This document shows, piece after piece, positions 25,589 to 36,942 of a stretch of DNA of 64,000 nt. How positions within the stretch are numbered: the stretch's first letter is position 1; the number at the start of each line of letters is the position of its first letter. The stretch spans positions 701-64,700 of the forward strand of contig JAEEXP010000003.1 of NCBI GenBank assembly GCA_016287865.1. Direction: 5' to 3'. The stretch comes from Bacillales bacterium (GTDB taxonomy: Bacteria > Bacillota_I > Bacilli_A > Izemoplasmatales > UBA1188). A model generated the notes under the pieces. The model had not been told where the DNA came from, did not search any database, and saw only the letters and a list, made by a program, of their open reading frames with translations. A program made the translations under genes and the position numbers.

Positions 25589-27340
25589 ATGTACGATTGG
25601 GATTTAAACAAGATTTATAACGGAATTGAATCACCCGAATTTAAAAGTGATTTAAAAAAGATTGACACATTAATTGATGAATTAGATAAGTATTCATTTG
25701 ATAAACCTAATGATATGGCACTCGCAAGAGGCTTCTTCATTAAGGAACAAGAACTCTTTAAGTTGTTAGGCGGAATCGGAAACTACTTAAGTCTTCGTCT
25801 TTCTGTGAATACTGAAGACTTAGAAGCTTTAAAAGCTATGGGTGCACTTGAAAATGTATATCCAAGAGTTTCACCAGTAGAAGTTAAGTTTACTAAATAT
25901 ATTAAAAACTTTGATAATTTTGAAGAATTAGCTAAGAGCGATGAAGAATTTAAGAAGTTCCCTTACTATGTATCTAAGTTAGTAGATGAAGCTAAGAGAG
26001 CTTTAAGTGATGAAACTGAAATTTTATTATCTAAATTAAGTAGATCATCATCAAGTGCTTGGGAAAGATTATTTGATACATTAACTTCTACACTTGAAGT
26101 TGATTATAATGGTGAAGTTATATCTTTGCCTGAGGTTAGAAACTTAGCTTATTCAGCAGATGAAAAAGTAAGAAAAGAAGCTTATGAAGCAGAAATAAAA
26201 TCTTATAGAAAGATTGAAAAATCTATTGCGGCTTCCCTTTCATCTATTAAACAAGAAACTACTACTATGGCACTTGAAAGAGGCTATGAATCACCTCTTG
26301 ATAGAACTTTAAAACAATCAGGAATGACTAAAAAGACTCTTGATGCTCTAGTAGGAGCTATTGAAGAATACTATCCATATTTCAGAGCTTATCTTAAGAG
26401 AAAAGGAGAACTCTTAGGTCATAAAAATGGTCTTCCATTCTATGATTTATTTGCTCCAATGGGTAAGAATGATACTAAGTTTAGTGTAGAAGAAGCCAAT
26501 GGTTATCTCGTTAAAGCATTTACTGAATTTTACCCAGAAATAGGGAAATTCATGAAGAAGACAATGGATAATAACGCCATTGACTATATGCCTAAAAAAG
26601 GTAAAGTAGGTGGTGCATTCTGCAGTGGTGTATTCAAAATTAAAGAACCAAGAATCTTAGCTAACTTTGATGGTTCATTTAATTCAGTTTGTACACTTGC
26701 TCATGAACTTGGACATGGTTTCCATGATGAACTTATGTGGCCTTATCCAGAAATCTGTAGCGATTATCCAATGCAACTTGCAGAGACTGCATCAACATTT
26801 AATGAAACATATATTAAAGACTATGCAATCTTAAATTCTAAAGATAAGAATGAAAAGATTAATATTCTTGAAGCTATGATTTCGGATGATAACCAAGTAA
26901 TCGTTGACATTATGTCTAGATACTATTTTGAAACATCTGTATTTGAAAAGAGTGATGAAGCTGCATTAACTCCTGAAGAATTAAAAGAATTAATGAAAGA
27001 TGCACAACTTAGAAGTTATGGTGATGGACTTGATCCTGAATTCTTACATCCTTATATGTGGTGTTGTAAAGGTCATTATTATAGTACTGGTCTTTCATTC
27101 TATAATTTCCCTTATGCATTTGGTCAATTATTTGCATACGGTCTATATAATCTTTATAAAGAAAAAGGAGCAGAAGAATTCTTCCCACTTTATAAGAAAG
27201 TATTAATTAATGCAGGTCAAATGCCTATTAGAGAATGTGTTCTTCAAGCAAACATCGATGTTGAAGATATTAACTTCTGGAGAAAATCATTAGACATCTG
27301 TAAAGGTCATATTGAAGAATTCTTAGAGTTAACAAAATAA
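25589..27340 (+). CDS. pepF: Oligoendopeptidase F family (M3B) metallopeptidase
   Basis: 583 aa counted from MYDWDLNKIY, with AAAGGAGA RBS. Zinc motif HELGHGFH. Confidence 0.88.
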   Translation: MYDWDLNKIYNGIESPEFKSDLKKIDTLIDELDKYSFDKPNDMALARGFFIKEQELFKLLGGIGNYLSLRLSVNTEDLEALKAMGALENVYPRVSPVEVKFTKYIKNFDNFEELAKSDEEFKKFPYYVSKLVDEAKRALSDETEILLSKLSRSSSSAWERLFDTLTSTLEVDYNGEVISLPEVRNLAYSADEKVRKEAYEAEIKSYRKIEKSIAASLSSIKQETTTMALERGYESPLDRTLKQSGMTKKTLDALVGAIEEYYPYFRAYLKRKGELLGHKNGLPFYDLFAPMGKNDTKFSVEEANGYLVKAFTEFYPEIGKFMKKTMDNNAIDYMPKKGKVGGAFCSGVFKIKEPRILANFDGSFNSVCTLAHELGHGFHDELMWPYPEICSDYPMQLAETASTFNETYIKDYAILNSKDKNEKINILEAMISDDNQVIVDIMSRYYFETSVFEKSDEAALTPEELKELMKDAQLRSYGDGLDPEFLHPYMWCCKGHYYSTGLSFYNFPYAFGQLFAYGLYNLYKEKGAEEFFPLYKKVLINAGQMPIRECVLQANIDVEDINFWRKSLDICKGHIEEFLELTK

Positions 27341-27350
27341 GAAATATATG

Positions 27351-27377
27351 GGTTAGGTGTACGCCTAACCTTTTTCT
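27351..27377 (+). terminator. Terminator after pepF
   Basis: GGTTAGG-tgtacg-CCTAACC followed by TTTTTC. Confidence 0.85.
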
Positions 27378-27504
27378 TTGACAAAAATTATAATTTTTAT
27401 TTGACTAGTATATTCAATAGTGTTATTATATTTCCGGTACATTTTTAATTAACCCACAAAAGCCCTTATTTTAAAAATAAAATAATAAGGAGATAATTAG
27501 AAAA

Positions 27505-27936
27505 ATGAGTACTTATATGCAAAAACCAGCCGAAGTTAATAGACAATGGTATCTTATTGACGCTACTGGCAAAACACTTGGTAGACTTGCTACCGAAATC
27601 GCTAACTTACTTAGAGGTAAGAATAAACCAACTTTCACACCTCATGTAGACTGTGGAGATTATGTTGTTGTAATCAATGCCGAAAAAATCCACGTTACTG
27701 GCAACAAGATGGACGACAAACTCTACTACAATCACTCTGGATATCCAGGAGGATTAAGAGTAAGAAACCTTAAGACTGTTCTTGAAAAGAAGCCAACTGA
27801 AGCTTTAGAAAGAGCTGTTAAAGGTATGCTTCCTCACAATCATTTAGGAGCTCAAGTATATAGAAAGTTATTTGTATATGCTGGAAGCGATTATGAACAA
27901 AAGGCACAAAAGCCTGTTGTTTATGAGGTTAAGTAG
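27505..27936 (+). CDS. rplM: 50S ribosomal protein L13
   Basis: 143 aa, W(Y)LIDA.GK.LGRLA and KPTFTPH motifs. Confidence 0.95.
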   Translation: MSTYMQKPAEVNRQWYLIDATGKTLGRLATEIANLLRGKNKPTFTPHVDCGDYVVVINAEKIHVTGNKMDDKLYYNHSGYPGGLRVRNLKTVLEKKPTEALERAVKGMLPHNHLGAQVYRKLFVYAGSDYEQKAQKPVVYEVK

Positions 27937-27944
27937 GAGGAATT

Positions 27945-28346
27945 ATGGCTAAGATAGCAAAGAAGGATTTTACAGGAACTGGTAGAAGAAAAAGTTCTGT
28001 AGCAAGAGTTATTCTTGTTCCTGGTACAGGTGTTATAACAATTAACGGACGTGAATTCGAAGAATACATCCCTAACGGACTTTCTAGATTAGACGTTCTT
28101 CAACCAATGGTTGCTACTGAAACTGCTACTACACTTGATGTTATTGCATCAGTTGATGGCGGCGGAATCACAGGTCAAGCAGGTGCAATCCGTTTAGGTA
28201 TCGCAAGAGCTTTACTCAAGGTTAACCCTGAGTATAGAAAAGTTCTTAAACCTCTTGGATTCTTAACTCGTGACCCTAGAGCTGTTGAAAGAAAGAAACC
28301 TGGTCTTAAGAAAGCTAGACGTGCTCCTCAATTCAGCAAACGTTAG
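27945..28346 (+). CDS. rpsI: 30S ribosomal protein S9
   Basis: 133 aa, [12 protein letters not shown] start and C-terminal [12 protein letters not shown]. Confidence 0.95.
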   Translation: MAKIAKKDFTGTGRRKSSVARVILVPGTGVITINGREFEEYIPNGLSRLDVLQPMVATETATTLDVIASVDGGGITGQAGAIRLGIARALLKVNPEYRKVLKPLGFLTRDPRAVERKKPGLKKARRAPQFSKR

Positions 28347-28356
28347 TTATATAAAG

Positions 28357-28380
28357 AATGCCCAAATTGGGCATTTTTTA
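28357..28380 (+). terminator. Terminator after rpsI
   Basis: AATGCCC-aaatt-GGGCATT followed by TTTT. Confidence 0.85.
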
Positions 28381-28630
28381 TTGCATAAATTCGTCAAAAA
28401 TCATAGTAAAAATAGATCATTTTAATAATAAATTTATAGGTATATTTATACCAATTTTAATACTCTATAATTATTAATATTTTAATATAAATAAATATTT
28501 ATATAAAAAAGTAGTTGACTATTTGACAAAAAGGGTATATATTTATAAATTGCGGTAAAATGTGCGCTTTATTAATTATTAATTAATTAATATAGGCGTT
28601 TTATCAGTATAAATAAGAGAGGTAGACACG

Positions 28631-31600
28631 TTGTACAGTTTAGTAAAATATGGAAAGAAACACGTAAGAAGAAATTTCCGTCAAGCAAAACACATTCTTG
28701 AACTCCCTAATCTAATCGAGAACCAACTTGATTCTTTCAAAGAATTCACAGAAGTTGGCTTAAAAGAATTGTTTGAAGACATCTCTCCGGTTACTCATTT
28801 ATATGGACCTAACCAAGAGAAGAGAATTGAACTCTATTTTAATGGTTATCACTTTGATGAACCTAAATATTCAATTCTTGAGTGTAAAGAAAGAGAAACA
28901 TCTTACACTAAGTCTTTAAGATGCGAAGTTCAATTACACATTTCTGAAACTGGTGAAGTAAAAGAAAACAAAAATGTATTTATGGCAGATTTCCCTTGGA
29001 TGACTCCAACAGGTACATTTATCATCAATGGTGCAGAAAGAGTTGTAGTTAACCAAATCATTAGATCTTCTGGTGTTTTATTCAAAGAAGAAGTTGATAG
29101 TAAACTTGGTAAGTCAACTATCATTGGTCAAGTAATCCCTACAAGAGGTGCTTGGATTGAATTTGAAACAGGTTCAAAGGATATCTTATATGCAAAAGTT
29201 GATAGATCTAAAAAGATTTATTTACCAGAATTCTTAAAATCAATTGGTATTGAAACACATGATATGATGAAAGAATTATTCGGTGCAACAGACCTTTTAG
29301 TTAAGACTCTTGAAAAAGACCCATCTAAAGATTATGAAGAAGCTATGAAGAACCTTTACATGAAGGTTAAAGGTGATGACATCCCAGTTGAAGGTGTTAA
29401 GAACTATCTTCAATCTCATTTAATGGATCATAGAAGATACGACCTCATGGAAGTTGGTCGTTATAAATTCAATAAGAAACTCGACTTCGTTGAAAGAGCT
29501 ATTGGTAACTACTTAGCTAAAGATTATGTAATCACAGCTAAACATGATGAATACCATGATCAAGAAGAAATGGTACTCGCTAAAGGTACTTATGTAGATA
29601 AGGACATTGCTAAGATCTTAAGAGACAATAGAAGTGACTTCAGAAGAACTTTAAAACTTGAAAATGCTTTAACAGACGATCTCAATTTACCAATCATCGT
29701 TGAAGAAATCCAAGTATATACAGCTGCTAACCCAGTAAATACTGTTAAAATTGTTGGTTCATATTTTGAAGAAGAAAGACAATATATCACAACATCTGAT
29801 ATGATTGCTGCTACATCTTATTGGTTAAACCTCTTTGATCACGTTGGTAATTATGACGACGTTGATAACTTAGCTAACAGAAGACTCCGTTTAACTGGTG
29901 AATTATTATCTAACCAAATCAGAGTTGGTCTTGCTAAGCTTGAAAAGAGCATCCTTGAAAAGATGACTACTAAAGATCCTAACGATATGACAGCTCAAAA
30001 CTTAATAAACATCAAACCTCTCCAATCAGCTATTAAGGATTTCTTTGGTTCAAGTCAATTATCACAATTTATGGCTCAAACTAACCCACTAGATGAAATC
30101 ACTCACAAGAGAAGAATGTCAGCTTTAGGTCCAGGCGGAATCACTAGAGATAGAGCTGGTATCGAAGTCAGAGACGTACACCCTACTCACTATGGTAGAA
30201 TTTGTCCTATCGAAACACCTGAAGGACAAAACATCGGTCTTATTACTTCTCTTGCTACATACGCTAAGGTTAATAAATATGGTTTCATCATGACTCCATA
30301 CTATAAAGTTGTTAATGGTATCGTTACTGATGAACATATCTATATGACAGCTGATGAAGAAGCTGAACACTATATTGCAGAAGCAAATACTGAATTAAAT
30401 GACGATTGTTCATTCAAGCATGACAGAATCTATGCTAGACATGACCAAGAAACAGCCCTCTATCCAAAAGAAATGATAGACTTCATGGATGTTTCACCAA
30501 AACAAATTATGTCTGTATCAGCATCTTGTATTCCATTCCTTGAACACGATGACGCTAACAGAACACTTATGGGTTCTAACATGCAACGTCAATCAATTCC
30601 ACTACTTAAGCCTCAAGCTCCATTCGTAGGAACTGGTATCGAATACAGAGCTGCACACGATTCAGGTGTTGCATGTATCTGTGAAGATGATGGTATCGTT
30701 GAATACGTTGATGGTCTTGAAGTTAAAGTAAGACAAGACAAAGATGGTGAATTAAAAGTTTATAAACTCAATAAATTCATCCGTTCTAACCAAGGTACTT
30801 GTGTTAACCAAACACCAATCGTTGAAATCGGTGAAAAAGTTGCTAAAGGTGATATCCTCGCAGATGGTCCATCTATGGATCAAGGCGAACTCGCTTTAGG
30901 TAGAAACGTTTTAATCGGATTCATGACTTGGGAAGGTTATAACTACGAGGACGCTGTAGTTATGAACGAAAACTTAGTTAAGAACGATGTTTATACATCT
31001 ATCCATATTGAAAGATATGAAATCCAAGCTAGAGATACTAAACTTGGTAAAGAAGAAATCACAAGAGAAATCCCTAACGCAGGTGATGCTATCAAACGTC
31101 AACTTGACGCTGATGGAATTGTTATCCCAGGCTCACTTGTAAAAGAAGGCGATATCTTAGTAGGTAAGATTACACCTAAGGGTGTATCTGACCCAACTGG
31201 TGAAGAAAGATTATTACTTGCTATCTTCGGTGCTAAATCAAGAGATGTACGTGATACATCACTTAAAGTTCCACATGGTGGAGAAGGTATCGTTCAAGCA
31301 GTAAGACATTTCACTAGAGAAAATGATAAAGAATTAATCTCTGGTGTAAATGAAGTTGTAAGAGTATATATCGTACAAAAGAGAAAGATTCGTGTCGGTG
31401 ATAAGATGTCAGGACGTCACGGTAACAAAGGTGTTATTTCAAACATCCTACCACAAGAGGATATGCCATTCCTCGCTGATGGTACACCACTAGATATTCT
31501 TTTAAACCCACAAGGTGTTCCATCTCGTATGAACATCGGTCAGGTTCTTGAAGTTCATCTAGGTATGGCTTGTAGAAAGCTTGGTGTACTAGCTGCAACA

Positions 31601-32152
31601 GAAGTCTTTGACTGCTGCCGTGATGAAGACTTAGAAGCTATGATGGCTGAAGCAGGTATGTCACCTGATGGAAAAGTTGAAGTATATGATGGTAGAACTG
31701 GTGATAAGTTCGATAACAGAATCACAGTTGGTGTTATGTACATGATCAAACTTGACCACATGGTTGATGATAAACTTCATGCTAGATCTGTTGGTCCGTA
31801 TGTATTAGTTACTCAACAACCTATTGGTGGTAAAGCACAAAACGGTGGACAAAGATTTGGTGAAATGGAAGTTTGGGCTCTTGAAGCATATGGTGCTGCA
31901 TACACTCTCCAAGAAATGCTCACTATCAAATCAGATGATATCTTAGGACGTAATAAAGTTTATAGAGCTATCACTGAAGGCAAAGAAATTCCTGAACCTA
32001 ACCTACCTGAATCATTCAGAGTATTAACAAGAGAACTTAGATCTCTCGGTATCTTCGTAGAACTTAAAGATGCGAAGACTGGTGAGAACGTAGTTGATAA
32101 ATCATTAGTAGATGAAGAAACAGATAACTTCATCAAGAAAAACCATGTCTAG
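28631..32152 (+). CDS. rpoB: DNA-directed RNA polymerase subunit beta (TTG start)
   Basis: 1173 aa. N-terminus ..YGKKHVRRNF....LELPNLIE.Q..SF. RBS AGAGAGGT lies 7 nt before the TTG. Confidence 0.98.
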   Translation: MYSLVKYGKKHVRRNFRQAKHILELPNLIENQLDSFKEFTEVGLKELFEDISPVTHLYGPNQEKRIELYFNGYHFDEPKYSILECKERETSYTKSLRCEVQLHISETGEVKENKNVFMADFPWMTPTGTFIINGAERVVVNQIIRSSGVLFKEEVDSKLGKSTIIGQVIPTRGAWIEFETGSKDILYAKVDRSKKIYLPEFLKSIGIETHDMMKELFGATDLLVKTLEKDPSKDYEEAMKNLYMKVKGDDIPVEGVKNYLQSHLMDHRRYDLMEVGRYKFNKKLDFVERAIGNYLAKDYVITAKHDEYHDQEEMVLAKGTYVDKDIAKILRDNRSDFRRTLKLENALTDDLNLPIIVEEIQVYTAANPVNTVKIVGSYFEEERQYITTSDMIAATSYWLNLFDHVGNYDDVDNLANRRLRLTGELLSNQIRVGLAKLEKSILEKMTTKDPNDMTAQNLINIKPLQSAIKDFFGSSQLSQFMAQTNPLDEITHKRRMSALGPGGITRDRAGIEVRDVHPTHYGRICPIETPEGQNIGLITSLATYAKVNKYGFIMTPYYKVVNGIVTDEHIYMTADEEAEHYIAEANTELNDDCSFKHDRIYARHDQETALYPKEMIDFMDVSPKQIMSVSASCIPFLEHDDANRTLMGSNMQRQSIPLLKPQAPFVGTGIEYRAAHDSGVACICEDDGIVEYVDGLEVKVRQDKDGELKVYKLNKFIRSNQGTCVNQTPIVEIGEKVAKGDILADGPSMDQGELALGRNVLIGFMTWEGYNYEDAVVMNENLVKNDVYTSIHIERYEIQARDTKLGKEEITREIPNAGDAIKRQLDADGIVIPGSLVKEGDILVGKITPKGVSDPTGEERLLLAIFGAKSRDVRDTSLKVPHGGEGIVQAVRHFTRENDKELISGVNEVVRVYIVQKRKIRVGDKMSGRHGNKGVISNILPQEDMPFLADGTPLDILLNPQGVPSRMNIGQVLEVHLGMACRKLGVLAATEVFDCCRDEDLEAMMAEAGMSPDGKVEVYDGRTGDKFDNRITVGVMYMIKLDHMVDDKLHARSVGPYVLVTQQPIGGKAQNGGQRFGEMEVWALEAYGAAYTLQEMLTIKSDDILGRNKVYRAITEGKEIPEPNLPESFRVLTRELRSLGIFVELKDAKTGENVVDKSLVDEETDNFIKKNHV

Positions 32153-32163
32153 GAGGTTAAAAA

Positions 32164-35100
32164 ATGAGTCAAAAATATTCATATTTAAAAATCAGACTTG
32201 CTAACCCTGAAGAAATTGAAAAGTGGTCTTCTGGAGAAGTTATTAATGCAGAAACAATCAACTATAGAACATTAAAACCTGAACGTGGCGGTTTATTCGC
32301 AGAAGAAATCTTTGGTCCAACTAAAGACTATCAATGCGCATGTGCTCAAAGAAGCAAAAAGAACGTTACATATGAAAATAAGAAATGTCCTATTTGTGGT
32401 GTAGAAATCACTGAATCAAGAGTAAGAAGAGAAAGAATGGGTCATATCAAACTCGCAGCTCCAGTAGTTCACAGTTGGTATTTAAAGAGTACTCCTTCTA
32501 AACTTGCATTACTTCTTGATATGAAGACATCTGATCTTGAATCAGTTGTAAGATATGCATCATATATTGTTGTTGAACCAGGTGAAACTGATCTTGGTTA
32601 TAAACAATTACTCCAAGAATTTGAACTTTATCAAGCTATTTCTAAATGGGGTAACTCATTTACTGCACTTAAAGGAGCTGAGGCTGTTAAGTATATGCTT
32701 AAGAAGCTTGACCTTGAAAAGGAAGTTCTTGAATTAAGAAAAGAATTAAAGAGTTCTTCTAAACAAAAGAGAGAAAAAGTTATTAAGAGACTTGAAGTTG
32801 TTGAAGACTTAAAGAACTCTGATAACAGACCTACATCAATGGTACTTGATGTACTCCCAGTTATTCCACCAGATCTAAGACCTATGGTTCAACTTGATGG
32901 TGGTAGATTCGCTACAACTGGTTTAAATGATCTTTATAGAAAGATTATCAACAGAAATAATCGTCTTAAAGATTATAAGAAAAAGAATACTCCAGACTTA
33001 ATCGTTAACAACGAAAAGAGATTACTCCAAGACGCTGTTGATGATTTAATTGATAACTCAAAGAGTAAGAGAAAGAGTGCAAACGAAAGACAACATCCTA
33101 AGAAAGGTTTATCTGACCAATTAAGAGGTAAACAAGGTCGTTTCAGACAAAACCTCCTTGGTAAGAGAGTTGACTACTCAGGACGTTCAGTTATCGTCGT
33201 TGGACCAACTCTTAGAATGCATCAATGTGGTGTTCCAAGAGAAATGGCTCTTACACTCTTCAAGCCTTTCGTTATCAGAGACCTTCTTGATAGAGGCGTA
33301 GCTGAAAACATTAGAAAGGCTAAAACAATGATTGAAAACAAGGATGATAAGATTTGGGCATCTTTAGAAAAGGTTGTTCTCGAACATCCAGTACTCTTAA
33401 ACCGTGCCCCGACTCTTCACAGACTTGGTATTCAAGCATTTGAACCAATCCTAATCGATGGTAAGGCTATCCAACTTCACCCACTCGCATGTCCAGCCTT
33501 CAACGCTGACTTCGATGGTGACCAAATGCCTATCCACGTTCCGCTATCAGAAGAAGCTCAAGCTGAAGCTAGAATCATGATGCTTGCTTCAAATAATATC
33601 CTTAACCCTCGTGACGGTAAACCAGTTGCGACTCCTTCACAAGATATGGTTCTTGGTAACTATTACTTAACACAAGAAATGGCTGGTGAACCAGGTGAAG
33701 GTAGAGTATTTAAAGATATTAACGAAGCCCAAATGGCATATGAACTTGGTGAAATTACTCTTCACACAAGAATTGCCTTCAAAGCTGAAAGCTTCCCTTA
33801 TATGACTCCATATTCTCATAATGATGATTTCCTTATCACTACATATGGTAAAGTTGTATTCAACACAATCCTCTCTAAAGGATTCCCATACTTAAATGAA
33901 CCTTCAACTGAAAACTTAACTGGTCAAACTCCAGACAAGTATTTCTGTCCAATGGGTAAAGATATCAAAGAATTCATCAAGGAACTCGACCAAAAGAGAC
34001 TTGATCAATACAATGAAGATATTAGAACTAAAGGCAAATCAGATTTAAATTCTAAAGGTGTATGCGTTCCATTTAAGAAAGGCTTCCTTGGAAAGATTAT
34101 TTCTGAAACATTCAAGAGATATAAATCAAGCGAAACATCTAAGATGCTTGATAGAATGAAAGACTTAGGTTTCAAATATTGTACTAAATCAGGTGTTACA
34201 GTTTGTGCATTTGATATTCAAGTATACAAAGGTAAGAAAGAAATCGTTGAAGCTGCTCAAGCTAAAGTTGACCAAATCAACGAAGACTTCGAACTTGGTT
34301 TAATGACTGAAACTCAAAGACATGAAGCTATCACTGGTAACGGTGGTGTTTGGGATGAAGCAAATAAGAAAGTTACTAAGAACCTTATTTCTGACCTCGA
34401 ACTCAATCACTCTGACAACCATACATACATGATGTATGACTCAGGTGCCCGTGGTAAAGCATCTAACTATACACAACTTTCTGGTATGCGTGGTCTTATG
34501 AACGATACTAAGGGTCAAGCAATTGAAACTCCAGTTACATCTTGTTTCCGTGAAGGTATCACAATGAGAGAATTCTTCATTTCATCTCACGGTTCAAGAA
34601 AAGGTTCTACAGATACAGCCTTAAAGACTGCGGACTCTGGTTACTTAACTAGACGTCTAGTTGACGTATCACAAGAAGTAGTTGTAAGAGAATATGACTG
34701 TGGCACTGATAGAGGTGTTATGGTTAGTGAAGTTCTTGATGATGATGGAAAAGTAATTCAATCACTCGAAGATAGAACAATTGGTAGATTCACTTATAAA
34801 GAATTAACTGATCCACAAACTGGTGAAGTATTACTTGAAAAGGGTGAATATATCACTGAAGATAAAGCTAAACTCTTTAAAGCTCATGGAATTAAAGAAG
34901 TTGGTATTAGAACTGTATGTACATGTAATTCTAAGAATGGTATTTGCGTAAAGTGCTATGGTAGAAATATGGCTACATCTGATATCGTTGAAGTTGGTGA
35001 AGCTGTAGGTGTTATCGCATCTCAATCAATCGGTGAACCAGGTACCCAACTTACAATGCGTACATTCCATACTGGTGGTCTAGCCGGTGGTGATATCACA

Positions 35101-35850
35101 TCAGGTCTTCCAAGAGTTCAAGAATTATTCGAAGCTAGAACTCCAAAAGGTGAAGCTGTTATCTCTGAAATCACTGGTAAAGTTGTTGAACTTACAGAAA
35201 CACACGCTGTTATTAAGGGTGCAGTTGCTGAAAGAACATACACTTTAAAACAAGGTTATAAAGTACTTGTTAATAAGGGTGACATTGTTGTTGCTGGTCA
35301 ACCATTAACTAAAGGTTCTATTAACTTAAAAGATTTACTTAGAATCACTAATGTTGAAACAGTTCAACAATACATCATTAAAGAAGTTCAAAAGGTATAC
35401 GCAAAAGAAGGTGTACCAATCAATGATAAACACATTGAAATTATCGTTCATCAAATGACTAAGAGATTAAATGTTAAGCTTGAAGGTGACACTAAGTTAC
35501 TTCCAGGACAACTTATCTCTTCTAACCAATATGCTGAAGCTAACCAAGAAGCATTACTCTCTGGTGGTAAACCAGCTGTAGCTATTCCAGTACTCCTTGG
35601 TATTACTAAAGCTGCATTAAAGAGTGATTCATTCTTAAGTGCTGCATCATTCCAAGAAACTACAAGAGTATTAACTGAAGCTGCTATCCGTGGTCAAATC
35701 GATACTCTACAAGGTTTAAAGGAAAACGTAATTATTGGTGGTCTTATTCCTGCTGGTACTGGTATCTTAAAAGATACTAGATTCGAATACGAAGGAAAAC
35801 AAAAAGAAGAAGCTGTTGATGACGCTAACTTCGAGGACTTCGATAATTAA
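32164..35850 (+). CDS. rpoC: DNA-directed RNA polymerase subunit beta'
   Basis: 1228 aa. Motifs NADFDGDQM and [14 protein letters not shown], plus an N-terminal Cys4 zinc site. Confidence 0.98.
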   Translation: MSQKYSYLKIRLANPEEIEKWSSGEVINAETINYRTLKPERGGLFAEEIFGPTKDYQCACAQRSKKNVTYENKKCPICGVEITESRVRRERMGHIKLAAPVVHSWYLKSTPSKLALLLDMKTSDLESVVRYASYIVVEPGETDLGYKQLLQEFELYQAISKWGNSFTALKGAEAVKYMLKKLDLEKEVLELRKELKSSSKQKREKVIKRLEVVEDLKNSDNRPTSMVLDVLPVIPPDLRPMVQLDGGRFATTGLNDLYRKIINRNNRLKDYKKKNTPDLIVNNEKRLLQDAVDDLIDNSKSKRKSANERQHPKKGLSDQLRGKQGRFRQNLLGKRVDYSGRSVIVVGPTLRMHQCGVPREMALTLFKPFVIRDLLDRGVAENIRKAKTMIENKDDKIWASLEKVVLEHPVLLNRAPTLHRLGIQAFEPILIDGKAIQLHPLACPAFNADFDGDQMPIHVPLSEEAQAEARIMMLASNNILNPRDGKPVATPSQDMVLGNYYLTQEMAGEPGEGRVFKDINEAQMAYELGEITLHTRIAFKAESFPYMTPYSHNDDFLITTYGKVVFNTILSKGFPYLNEPSTENLTGQTPDKYFCPMGKDIKEFIKELDQKRLDQYNEDIRTKGKSDLNSKGVCVPFKKGFLGKIISETFKRYKSSETSKMLDRMKDLGFKYCTKSGVTVCAFDIQVYKGKKEIVEAAQAKVDQINEDFELGLMTETQRHEAITGNGGVWDEANKKVTKNLISDLELNHSDNHTYMMYDSGARGKASNYTQLSGMRGLMNDTKGQAIETPVTSCFREGITMREFFISSHGSRKGSTDTALKTADSGYLTRRLVDVSQEVVVREYDCGTDRGVMVSEVLDDDGKVIQSLEDRTIGRFTYKELTDPQTGEVLLEKGEYITEDKAKLFKAHGIKEVGIRTVCTCNSKNGICVKCYGRNMATSDIVEVGEAVGVIASQSIGEPGTQLTMRTFHTGGLAGGDITSGLPRVQELFEARTPKGEAVISEITGKVVELTETHAVIKGAVAERTYTLKQGYKVLVNKGDIVVAGQPLTKGSINLKDLLRITNVETVQQYIIKEVQKVYAKEGVPINDKHIEIIVHQMTKRLNVKLEGDTKLLPGQLISSNQYAEANQEALLSGGKPAVAIPVLLGITKAALKSDSFLSAASFQETTRVLTEAAIRGQIDTLQGLKENVIIGGLIPAGTGILKDTRFEYEGKQKEEAVDDANFEDFDN

Positions 35851-35856
35851 TAAAAT

Positions 35857-35888
35857 ATAAGCCACTTCACGGTGGCTTATATTTATAT
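35857..35888 (+). terminator. Hairpin after rpoC (weak T-tract)
   Basis: AAGCCAC-ttcacg-GTGGCTT followed by ATATTTAT. Confidence 0.55.
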
Positions 35889-35941
35889 AAATAGGTATTA
35901 TATATATTTATATATTATATATACTAATATAGGAGGCAAAA

Positions 35942-36793
35942 ATGTTCTGTCAAAATTGTGGAAACAATGTAAAAGATACTGATATATATTGTCCATATTG
36001 TGGATCTAAAATTGAAAGAGGAGATAAAGCGCCTGAAGTTAAGCCAGTAAGCTTTGATGAACCAGTAAATAAAATGAAGTGGGTTCAACCTGTAATGATT
36101 CCACTATTCATTGTTACTTTATTATTATGGTTCCTTGGATTCTTCTTATACGTTATTATTACTGTATTAACTGTGAAAGATCCACTAGATTTATCTAATT
36201 ATATCAATCTAACATTACCAATTATTCAACTTGTATTAAGTGTATTATGTTTATCACTTGGTATCTTCTTTAAAGTAAAGAAATATCAAACAGTTAAAAA
36301 TATAGTTGCGGGTGCGCTTGGTACCATCGCATCTTTAATTGCTGTTCTAGCGCTTGGCCTTGCAAGTGGTTATTTAAATAAAGCACCTAAGTTATCTTTA
36401 ACTAGTGAATATTATTTAGATATGAAAGTAGTAGAACCATTAGTTCCAACTCAATTTGATAGTAAAGTATTTTTAGTTGAGGGATTAAATGAAGATGGTG
36501 AAATGGAAACAGTACCTGCATATATTTATCTTAAGTTCACAAGCAACGCTGAAATAGCATTATTCGAAGCTGAAATTGAAAATAGCACTAGATGGAATAA
36601 AGCAGAAGTAAATAAGAAGCAAGTTATTGACTATGATTATTACTTAGTTTATAACTATGAAACAAAGAAATTTGATTCATCTGATTTAGCTAATTCATTC
36701 ATTCTATTCTACGCTAAAGAATACCATTCAATGGTTATGATTCCAGGTGTTATATTATCATATTTCGCTGCTTTCGAGGATTCAATTCAATAA
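35942..36793 (+). CDS. Zinc-ribbon membrane protein, hypothetical
   Basis: 283 aa. N-terminal CQNCGN..x..CPYCGSKI zinc ribbon, then 4 TM helices and a C-terminal soluble domain. Confidence 0.65.
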   Translation: MFCQNCGNNVKDTDIYCPYCGSKIERGDKAPEVKPVSFDEPVNKMKWVQPVMIPLFIVTLLLWFLGFFLYVIITVLTVKDPLDLSNYINLTLPIIQLVLSVLCLSLGIFFKVKKYQTVKNIVAGALGTIASLIAVLALGLASGYLNKAPKLSLTSEYYLDMKVVEPLVPTQFDSKVFLVEGLNEDGEMETVPAYIYLKFTSNAEIALFEAEIENSTRWNKAEVNKKQVIDYDYYLVYNYETKKFDSSDLANSFILFYAKEYHSMVMIPGVILSYFAAFEDSIQ

Positions 36794-36801
36794 TTATGTA
36801 G

Positions 36802-36830
36802 AAACCGCTAAAATTAGCGGTTTTTATTTT
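36802..36830 (+). terminator. Terminator
   Basis: AAACCGCTAA-aa-TTAGCGGTTT followed by TTATTTT. Confidence 0.9.
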
Positions 36831-36942
36831 GTTAAAATTAGAAATTTCACACATTTTAAGCCATTATTTACACTTTTTATTGCAATAATATATTATTGTA
36901 ATTATAATTTAGGTAATAAAATTTAAAAATAAGGAGAAAAAT

